Assembly (NCBI RefSeq): GCF_009914755.1
Contig: NC_060930.1
DNA from: the human T2T-CHM13v2.0 reference genome, Homo sapiens
Direction: 5' to 3' (one strand)
DNA: 64,000 nucleotides
In this document: positions 53,772 to 64,000 of the stretch, one piece after another
Position numbering within the stretch: position 1 is the first letter of the stretch
How the letters are laid out: every line of letters begins with the position of its first letter
Position numbers and translations under genes: made by a program
Notes under the pieces: generated by a model
What the model was told of the DNA's origin: nothing
The model's input: only the letters and a program-made list of their open reading frames with translations
Databases searched by the model: none

Positions 53772-54900
53772 CGTGCATATATTTACAGTGGTTATATCTT
53801 ACTAATGGATTGACATGTTTATCATTATGAAATATCCCTATTATCTCTAGTAACTTTTTTTTGTTTTAAGGTACTTTTATTTTTGTCTGATGTTAATATA
53901 ACACTCCAGCTTTCTTATCATTGCTTTATGAATGATAAACATGATTTCTATCCTTTACATTCAAGCTAGTCATATCTTGAAATCAAAATGTGTCTTATGG
54001 AGACAGCATATAGTCAGATTTTGTTTGCTTTGTTCAGTCTGAAAATCTCTGCCTTTTGACTAGATTGTTTAGTTCATTTACATTTAATGTTATTATTGAT
54101 ATAGCTAGATTGCTATCTGTCATTTTCCATATGTCTCACAGATTTTTGTCCTCTAGCCCTCCTTTTTCATTTTTGTTTATATTCAGTGAAATTTTTCTAA
54201 TGTTTCAATTCCTTTAATGATTTTTGCTATGTTACTTGACTATTTTCTTAGAGGTTGTTCTAGGGCTTACTGTATACATCACAATCTACTTCAGGTGTGT
54301 ACTAACTGAAAACTAGTGAGATAAATTAATATTCCTCCTATACAGCTCAATTTCCTTGCTCCCCTGTTTGTGCTATTGTTATACATGTGACATTTTTATA
54401 CACTACAGGCCCAAGAATGCATTGTTATAAATATTGCTTCATGTGATGTTATGTTACTTACAGAGGCTGAGGAAAGAAAAGAGCAAGGATATATTTGCAG
54501 AGTTTGTTACATTAACCTTGTTATTTGACTTTTTTTTTTTTGCACTCTTCATTTATTCCTGTGGATACAAGTTATCTTGTGTAATTTTTTCTTTGCTTCT
54601 GACCTACAGCTTTGGAATGTGTCATCTGGCAGCTTTCTGGCCTCCACTGTTTCTCATGAGAAGTCAGCTGTTAATCTTATTTGGGGTTCTTTGTACATAA
54701 TGAGTCATTTTTCTCTTTCTGCTTTCAAGGTTTTATTTGGCCTTCAACTTTTTTACTGTGATATGTCTGGTTGTAGGTCTCCTTGCATTGCATTTATACT
54801 ACTTGGAGTTGGTTGAGCTTCTTGGATGTTTAGATTAATGCTTTTTTATTGAATTTGGGATGGTGTCCACCATTTGTTATTCACATATTTGTATTTTTCC
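53772..54900 (-). mobile_element. L1M fragment (ORF2 5' part, inter-ORF, ORF1), probable continuation of 47250-47925
   Basis: TCTGAAAATCTCTGCCTTTT; CTGTTTCTCATGAGAAGTCAGCTGTTAATCTTATT. Confidence 0.8.
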
Positions 54901-55031
54901 TTTCCTCTCTCTTTTTTCTCCCTCTTTATGTTGGATTTCCTCATCCAGAGAGATATTGTAGACCTTGACACTGAGCTGGGGAAGAGAAAGCCCTGTTTTT
55001 GGCCACACCCATCCAGAGTGGAGCTTCTGCT

Positions 55032-55066
55032 ATGTGTGTTGTGTGTGTGTGTTGTGTGTGTGTGTC
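55032..55066. repeat. (TG)n microsatellite, interrupted
   Basis: Read directly. Confidence 0.85.
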
Positions 55067-55215
55067 TGATATACTCAAAATACTAAAAGAGAAACCTGTT
55101 GAACAAAAATCTTATATCCAACAAAATGATCTTTCAAAACTGTAGATAAAATAAACACATTCATAGATAAACAAAAACTGAGAGAATTGTTAGTAGACCA
55201 GCCTGATAGGAATGT
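55067..55215 (+). mobile_element. L1 ORF1 fragment in sense orientation
   Basis: AATCTTATATCCAACAAAA...TTCAAAA...AGATAAACAAAAACTGAGAGAATT. Confidence 0.75.
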
Positions 55216-55236
55216 TGTTTCATATGAATGACAGTA

Positions 55237-55347
55237 ACTCCTGACAGTAATTCACACAGGCTGGGGGTTGCTGAGAGGGGTGAGCTGCGACTCCTGACGG
55301 TAATTCACACAGACCAGGGGTTGCTGAGAGAGGTGAGCCATGGCTCC
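55237..55347. repeat. 53-bp tandem duplication
   Basis: ACTCCTGAC(A/G)GTAATTCACACAG...GGGGTTGCTGAGAG starts at 55237 and 55290. Confidence 0.9.
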
Positions 55348-55739
55348 AGTGCCGGGGATGCTCACTGTCATGGTTCACTCTGAGACCTGGCAGATTTCCT
55401 TGAGTGACTGTTTCTTCCCTTGCTTTGTGTCCTCAGGGTAATTTCCAGGGACTTTAAACATTGTTAAAAATGGTTTCCATAAGTCACAGTTGTTCTGCTG
55501 GGAAGCACACCTGCAGAGTTTCTCATGCTGCCCTTCCAGAGGAGACTCCTCACCTTCATTCATTCTCACAGACACCCACCAGACACTTGCTATGCATCTT
55601 GTGTGTGCCTGTTCCCATGCCCATCACGGGGACTTGTGCCTTTCAATCATTCCTGAATGTGCTTACATACATGCAGGTCAGGTCCTCATGCTCCCTTCTC
55701 TCTTGAATCCTTTGAGCAAACTAAGCAATCTTTCTGCCT

Positions 55740-56255
55740 AGAGTCTTGACCTACCAAATCCACCCTTTGCATTGCTACCAAAAAGAACAAATAAGTCTGA
55801 TCTGCTTAAAACTAAAAAATTTCTAACTTCTCTCAAGAGTAAATCTAAGTCCATTCAATGCTAGTTAATGTCTGCCTGTTTCTCACTCTCTGTATTTTTG
55901 TGTGTACTTGAGTCATCTTCTCTAGCTATAGCATGGGCTCTCTCCCTTCAGTGTTCTTTTGTGAGGTTTCTCTGCCTGCAGTCACCTTCTCACATCTCAG
56001 CCTAAAAAATTCTTTTTTCATATTTGAGAAGTAGCACAGGTTCACCTTCATAGGAAGGTGAAGGCTATTTATGTTTTATGTGTCATATACATAATTCAGA
56101 ACACTTCTCAACCTCACTGCTTTATGATACTTGTTTTTTTATCTGTCTTCTGCACTGGAAGGTGAGCTGCTTGAATCCAGAGATTCTATCTTTTACCTCT
56201 GAACCTTTCACTATAGTGCCTGACACATAGAAGATGATTAATAAATAAGATTAAT
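55740..56255 (+). mobile_element. L2 3' region
   Basis: GTGAGCTGCTTGA...ATAGTGCCTGACACATAG...AATAAATA. Confidence 0.65.
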
Positions 56256-56274
56256 ATATTTAAAAATAGTTGGC

Positions 56275-56700
56275 TGAGATGTGGCCCCTAGTTTAATGAA
56301 GCTTACATTTTATCAGAGTTGTAGTATACAAGCCATTTTAATTAGTGCAATGGATATTTTGACAATTACATAAACAAAATCACATAAAAACACAGGAAAA
56401 GAGTGAGGCCAGAGGACAACGGGCTGGGATTTCAGCAGATGAGCTGCAGAAGGTGGCAGAGTCTTTAGGAAAAGGAGCTCAATGTAGACAGAGGTGAGAG
56501 GCAGCCGCTTCATGGGCTGTTTGGAAACAGTGAGTAGTCTAAGATGTGCGGCATTCATCCAGGCACTGGTCAGAAATGGAGCCAGGAAAGCGATTTCAGG
56601 CCAGATCGTGAAGAACATTTAGTGCTATATGAAGAAACTGGGGACTTGTTTCTTTATTGTGTAAGTGTTAATATTTGTGGGATGGAAAGTGCTGAGGTCC
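56275..56700 (-). mobile_element. L2 fragment
   Basis: ATGAAGCTTACATT...GGCCAGATCGTGAAG resembles reverse L2. Confidence 0.5.
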
Positions 56701-59641
56701 TGTTTCTGTTAGGATGATGCTCCTGTTTGCAGACTAGAGGCAAGAACACCAACTCACCAAGCTGTAATAATGACCATGAAGATGGTAACGTGCAATTCGT
56801 GTTTTACTTAACACTGGGCACACAGCTGCTGCTGAAAGACTTTAAACTGGATCCACACAGTTTGCATTTTTCTAATGGCAATGTCACAGTTCTGTTGCAT
56901 TTAAAGTTGCATGATGGAAATGTCCCAAAGAATTCGTTTTTGTCTACATACGCAATTACAAACTTATCTATAGTATTCACAAACAACAGTGCGTTTGGTA
57001 AACATGGAAACATCTGCAATATAATGGCATCCAAATTGAAATCTGCATCAACAAAATATCACACTGTATTTAAAATTATTGTTTCTTTATCCTAAGAAGA
57101 TAAAAATGCACTGTGAACTCAACATGAACGGAAATATTTTGAACTCTGAGTTTCAGTTCTAGAAATCTTTTTAGGGGCAGGTAAGTGATGATAATAGCTG
57201 TGACTGAGCCTTGAATAATTTCTGAAGTTGCTGAAATGATTAACTCAGGATCCGAGTTAACCATGAAAGCTGCTCCTGCCTGTTGCGAAGGCTGCTGTAT
57301 CCAGTGTGACTATTGGAAGGCTCTGAGAAGCTGGGGGCTTAACAAATAGAAATTATTCAACTTAGGTAACAGAAACTGTGATTTTCCCACATGAAATGCT
57401 TGTGTCAAATAAAAGCAAAAAACTAATGAAGCCCTCCCAGAACCCAGCTTAGATGGAGACACAGACCTGGCCTGGGATAAAGTGAGGATGCCACTGGCTC
57501 TTCCTCCACCCTCTCCTGACATCCCGTTTCCGTGGAGCAGCGCTGACCCGCTCCAGGCAGTTGGTCATTCGGGAGATTCCACCCCAGCACCCTGTTGGGC
57601 CTGTGAGCCCAGGACAGCACCCTTTGGCCAGCCACCTCAGCCCCACCTGGATGCCATTTCCCTAGGGCCCAACTCTGCTTTCCAGATAGAATCTAATCCA
57701 ACCACTGGAGAGCCCGGGATAATGTGTCCCTGCAAAACTCCGGTGTGCCGCAGGTTCTCCAACCCCTTCAACTGATATCTGGTGCTTTTCCAGGGTCCTG
57801 TAGATAAGAATGACAACATAATTTTGCTAAGAGGCAGGAAGGAGTTTAAAGCTCAGGCCAAGTTTATTGAAGATATACTGTCGGGGAAAAACAGAGACCT
57901 GGTGGAGTTCCCACTGTATTCATGTGCTGGGTGACTGGGAAGCACACAGCCTCACATACATGCACATGTGGTGTGTTCATTCAGGCTGTGAGGGCTTTGT
58001 CCTCCTCACCTAAGCTCAACCCAGGAGCTAGGAGAAAAATAACACCAGGCAGCGGAGATGGGGCATCCAGACCAGCGAGGCATCGCCTAGGACACTCTCT
58101 TTATGTGGGTGGCACTGGGGCAGGGATCTGAAGGATGTGGACAGCAAGCATTGCAGGCACTGGGGCCCGACTTCCCAAAGCAGAGGAAACTGCAAGTGCA
58201 GAGTCCTGAGGCCAGAGGTCAAGAGACAGCTAGGAGGTCGGCAGTGCGGCAGGAGGAAGGTAAGGAAGGAGAAGAGTGGGAGGAGGTGGGGTCACAGACA
58301 CCCTTGGGGCCAGCAGTGTTGGCCTTCAGAGGCCTTGGAAGGAGCTTGGCTTGTCCCCAGGCAGTGGAGTCCAGCTGCATTCTGCCCTTGGTCTTCCACG
58401 ACCTTTACCACAGCTCATCCTCACCAGGCCAGAGGAGGCTCCCTAGGGGCACAGCCCATGCCTGAGCCTCCTGGCTCCAAAGCTGAGACTCCATGAGTCC
58501 ACAGCACAATTCTGCTCAGTACATTGTGCAAACAGGAGAATCACGCAAGCTGACTTGGCCAGCGTCTTCTGTCTCCAGGGCCAAGTCTGCTTGCTAATGC
58601 CTCTGCAGCCTGTGTTCGGCATTCCACAGTGCTCCTTCTGATTAACGGCTTTATTCCGCGGGTATCTTATTTATCTCTGTCCCATTAAAAGGGGCACATG
58701 GTTCTCTCTCATGACCAAAGTCGGAAGGACTTCCTCTATTCGTAGAAAGACAGAGAATCTTATAAAAGCAATCAAAATATGCATTCCCTTACATATTGTC
58801 ATCCACTTAATACTTTTATTTAAAATCTTCCATATCTTTAAAATTTAGGTTTCAGTAAATTACTGCAGACCAGAAAATGTGCTTTCAAAAGTTAATGTTG
58901 TAGAGTATCTGATCTTAATTACTCACTCTTCATCTACTCCAAAAGCTCTATATTCTTTAAATCTCAAATACGGTGTCTGTGCTGTATGTGGAAGTATTTA
59001 TGACAGCTGGGTTTTGTCGTTGTGTTCATGTATAACAGCTGAATGGGTCTGTGGCTAAAGCAACTTTTAAAGGTGAAGCCGGTGTTTGGTATCCTGATTA
59101 TCCTGATTATAGTCATAGTTATCCAATTTTGTCATGTGTTGAAAGTTATAGAACTGTATACCTAAGGGAATAAAAGTGGAGTTTGAAGGAAATCTCTGCT
59201 AACTAAAATTAATGGTTGTGCACATAAAAACAGCTCTTTTATATAATTCTGTAAACTTGAAAAATGCAAAGGTAATAAACAATTATAAGCTGACAAAGAA
59301 TTTATAATGTGCTGAATAAATATCATCTATATTTAATACATCCTGAGCTACAGCTTCATAGCAGGTGTTTTTATGAGTAGCAAAGTAACATGACAAAACA
59401 CACTTCTCCAACACAAAGGAAAAAAACATAATGGGATTGTCTGGGGGAGAAATGTACCTATTAAAGATCTTGTCTTCAGAGCAGAAGTTCCCTCCTATTC
59501 TCCTACTTTTTGTATTCATCAAAATCACCAGAACCACCAGCAAGGCTTACCACTAGGATTTCCAAACCTGGCTATTCATCTTCCCTACCCTAAGATGCAC
59601 ATCCCGTCCAGCTTCCTTCACTGGGTCCTTTGCACAGTGGG

Positions 59642-60174
59642 TGTGGCATGGAGGCAGCTTTTCAAATGTCCCCAGCGATTCCTGCTTCCGGGCATTCATG
59701 TCCCCATGCAATGCCCTCCCCCTGAGAACGGGCTGCATCTGGGCCTCACTTCTAATGAGTGGAATGTGGTGGAAATGATGGGTGCCGTTTCAAAGACTAG
59801 ATTATGCAAACTGGAGACTTCTCTCTCTCCAGCCTTCTCACATGATCATTCTGATAAAACCAGCAGCTTCATGAGGACTTCCTCTGGGGAGATGCCCACA
59901 GGCAGGAAATTGAGGGAGCTGATGACCAATGGGCCTGGACAAACCAAATCCTGTGAACAAACACATGAGCGTGTTGGAGTTAGAGCCTCCCCAGACAAGC
60001 TCTCAGATGAGACCACAGCCCCAGCCAGCACTTTGATGAAAGCCTCATGGGGACCCTGAGCCTGAGGGCCCAGTGGTGCTTAGGTTTGTGACCCACAGGT
60101 GGCAAGGAAATAAGCACTGTTTTGGTGATCATATTTTGGAATGATTTATTATGTAGCAATAGGTCAGTAACACA
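59642..60174 (+). mobile_element. MLT1F-like solo LTR
   Basis: CAGATGAGACCACAGCCCCAGCCAGCAC; GCAATAGGTCAGTAACACA end; possible TSD TGGCA. Confidence 0.85.
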
Positions 60175-60184
60175 TGGCATTTTA

Positions 60185-60455
60185 AATTTTAGAGCTCAGC
60201 TTAGGTGTTGTTATCTCCGTGAAGACTTTGCCAACTTTTCAGTCTGTGGTGAGCTCTGCTGACATCCGTTCTTTCAGGCCCAAGATCATTTATTTAATGA
60301 CACTTTTTGCGACGTGCACAAATACTGTGTTTGTTTACTTGTTCATTGTCTACTTCCATGCTATTCTTCATTGCAATGCCAGTGTCTAGCAGACGTATAC
60401 ATTCAATAAATATTAAGTGCCTAAGTAAGTGAATGAATAAATGGATGAGTGAAGG
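60185..60455 (+). mobile_element. L2 3' end
   Basis: TCAATAAATATT followed by a (TGAA)n-like tail. Confidence 0.65.
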
Positions 60456-60865
60456 ATGACTCATAAACTTACACTCTTTTAAACTTAAATCATTCTGAGA
60501 GGGTAGAAGTTGAATCAGAAGGATTATTCAGAGGAATGATTTTAACAAAATGTCCCAGGCTGGATCACAGGAAAGTTTTGAGCAGGAGCTGTGGGCTGGC
60601 GGTGCAGATGAAGCTCCTTTCCTGGCAGCTCCAGGGAGTGTTTGGAAGCCGCGATGGGCAGCCGTGACTGAGCAGGATGCAGCCCCTAACGTTTTGTCAG
60701 GCACAGTCCTAGACATGTTATGCCTGCAAGTTTTTGAAGAGGTTTTTCCAAGGAGACTTTGACAAGCAAGGATGTGGGAATGGATTCCAGTGTGTCTGAC
60801 TGCACAATCTTTGTACACTTTTCACTCTTCTGTTATAACTCCCTCATGAAATTAGACCCCCCCCC

Positions 60866-61132
<267 letters not shown>

Positions 61133-61305
61133 TAGAATTATATGAGGGATTTTAAGAAGTATGAATACCTGGCCTGAATCCAGATATTCTGCTTTAATTG
61201 AATTCTATTATGAATGCTGTTTAGAGAGTCTACTTTGCCTATCTATCCTTAAACATGGGAACTATGGGGCATACTATTTGCGTAAGAAATCTAAAGTATC
61301 AGGAA

Positions 61306-61523
61306 CCTGGGCAACATGCCCAAACCCCATCTCTACAAGAAAATACAAAAACTAGCCAGACATGATAGTGTGTGCCTGTAGTCCCAGCTACTTGGGACTG
61401 GCACTGCCTCAGCCAGGAGGATCAACTGAGCCAGGAGGTCAAGGCTGCAGAGAGCCGTGATCACTGCGATCACATCACTGCCTGGGTGACAGATCAAGAC
61501 TCTGTCTTAAAATAAATAAATAA
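61306..61523 (+). mobile_element. 5'-truncated AluJ
   Basis: GGTCAAGGCTGCAG; TSD TAAAGTAT(C/T)AGGAA (61292-61305 / 61524-61537). Confidence 0.9.
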
Positions 61524-63439
61524 TAAAGTATTAGGAAAGAAGCTGATATCAAGAAGGAGGGCAAGATTGATATTCTCCACGAAACAGGGAAGCACACAGC
61601 TCCCAGGTGGGGTTCCCCAGGAGAGAAGCTTGTTGCCAGCACTGGCCTCACCTGCGGGGATATTGCCCGGCGAGGGTTCAGAGGCTGCAGCTTTAGGTAC
61701 TGATCTCAGTATCACCTGACGAGACCTGTGAATTCTCTCACCATACCTCCACCATTCATTATCATCATCAATCATGAATGAAAATTGATATTAGTTATAT
61801 CAATTCTGCATATTATCACAATTTGATAGAATTATGAAATTCTATCAATTATAGAAATTTGATAAAATTTTTGTTACCAAATTAACAGCAGTTAAAGACA
61901 TTGATTTTCATTCAATAGGACGTTGTTTATACTTTTTTATTTTCCTTAGTATTTATATTTCTCCTTCCTAAACATAAAATTTCATGCTAGGAGATTCTCC
62001 TTTAGGGAAGCACAGATTACCGCCACTGAGACAGACTTACATAACTTTCTGACTCACGTGTTCACCTGGGAAGGTTTACATGTCTTAAGGCATCATTCTA
62101 TCGACAGCTTGAACCTATGCAGGTCTTTGGTTTTAGAACAAAGCAAAGTAAATGAAAGGATCCCCAGAAAGTAAAACTAAAGAATTAAAGTTTCTCTGTG
62201 GATGAGTTGTAATCGTCATTTATGAGCCTTTCCCAGAAAATTGAATGCGGTAAAAGAGCGAGAAAAATAACACCATATATTCACCTCCAGGGTCTTAAAT
62301 TACCCAGAGAAAGACAGTTTCGTCCAAGCCAAGAGGAAAAAACTTAAGCCGAAGTTGAACTGAGAATTTAGGTAACAGGACAACAGCTGCCAAGTCAAAG
62401 TCTGTGCGGAGCCGAGAGCTGCCAGTCCCAGCCAGTGGTCACCACACAGAGCGCCGTCTGTCTCTCCTCGCTGGCAGGGACACCTGCTCCAGAGGGAGGC
62501 CTTGGAGTCTCCTGTGACCCTGGGCATGCTGGCCATGGGGACCTGCCCTCCTGCAGGGCTGATACTCTGCCCTGACTATCGTTTCTGTCTATCAGAGACA
62601 CCAACGCAGAGGCAGAAGCTGCCAAGGGAGAGACGTGATGCTGCCCGTTCTCCAAGCTCCCTGGGTTCAACAGATCCCCGCGAGGGCCTGGGAACGTGTC
62701 CACCAGGGCGGCAGCCGCTGCCTTTCCTCCATTTCCCTGGAACCTGCTGTAGGGATCTGGAAGCAGTTTCTGGGCCCCTGCTGAGCTGCACATGGCCGGA
62801 TAAACACTGCTCTGAAACACTCTATTAGGGATAATTAATCATTTTAATCTGAGATGGTTTTTGGACGGGCTCATATACCTTCACCACAGGAGGAGTTTCT
62901 AAATACCTAGCAAAGGCTCCATATATATTCTTTAAACCATTTAACAAGGCTTGTTTCTTCAGAAAGCATTTTCTGTCTAAATGCACTGATGGCTGTACTT
63001 CAAGAAATGATTTAAGTGTTTTTCTAAAACACAAGGCAGGTATTTTTCAATGCCACTGTTTTGAGGGAGAACACACTGAGCTTTTTGTGAAATATGTCTT
63101 GATACTTACAGAGATTTTAAAAGAAAATATTTGGGCTGTGGTTTAGGAATCAAACAGTCTTAAGTATGTAAATAATGACAGGCTGGAACTCTTTCTAAAA
63201 AAATATATACTGACTGTTAAACACACAGCCTGCTCTGGAGGCCAGGACGTGCCGTAAGGAGGCACTGGAAAGTTTGTTTCTCACCCTGATGGCTCCAGGG
63301 ATCTGTGCAGGTGGGGCCTGAGCACACTGCCGCTAGGGAACTGCTCCCAGGTTTTGGGAAACAGCTCTCATAAGAATGTCTTCCTCAGTAATCTCAGTGT
63401 CACCCACTAAGCTAATTCTGCTGTTTAATAGTCTCTGTA

Positions 63440-63764
<325 letters not shown>

Positions 63765-64000
63765 TTAAGACCACTTAGTTCTGAGGGCGACAGCACATGT
63801 TGCCCTGACGCAGCACCCCAAATTGGCTTGTCTTACTGAATGCGTTACCTCGGCTGCTGAAGTGCAGCCTCTGCGGTGGCAGGCACCCCGTCTGGTTCAC
63901 GCGTGCATCTTGAGCGTCCACAGCAGTGACTGCACACAAGAGACGCTGCTTTGCACTGCTTTCTTCCTGGGCTTAGTGTTGAAAACGCCTTGGCGTGTGC

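Noticed and set aside
56150-56330. L2 tail-to-tail miRNA-type hairpin
   Set aside because: The minus-strand L2 lacks the terminal segment needed to pair, and no stem is visible.
56727-57095. 122-aa ORF (with an antisense 76-aa ORF) in unique sequence
   Set aside because: It has a non-ATG start and no recognisable domain or exon structure. A tBLASTn/PhyloCSF check would settle it.

Overview
This is primate (human-like) genomic DNA with no recognisable protein-coding gene, tRNA/rRNA or CRISPR array. It reads as an intergenic or intronic region, and by eye more than half is transposon-derived. Elements include about 12 Alus, MIR/L2 relics, several L1 fossils (L1MA, L1PB, L1M), many MaLR LTRs (THE1, MST, MLT1) and ERV1 LTRs (MER31, MER21, MER4-group, a CpG-rich LTR12C). 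There is also a HERV-L provirus remnant carrying a MER11 solo LTR. The only protein-like ORFs are decayed L1 ORF2 and HERV-L RT fragments. The most unusual features are: (1) a HERV-L with three separate complex rearrangements, including a pol deletion patched with a ~110-bp copy of L1 sequence from 2.3 kb downstream; (2) a four-level transposon nest at 47-55 kb; (3) a 12-copy 43-bp minisatellite that arrays GGAATG and TCTTGGAA motifs about 1.2 kb from an intact LTR12C promoter; (4) a chain of plus-strand exon-like segments that could belong to a lncRNA. I found no evidence of a new protein-coding system. Repeat subfamily names come from recalled consensus features and need RepeatMasker/Dfam confirmation. 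Boundaries without a stated target-site duplication (TSD) are approximate.
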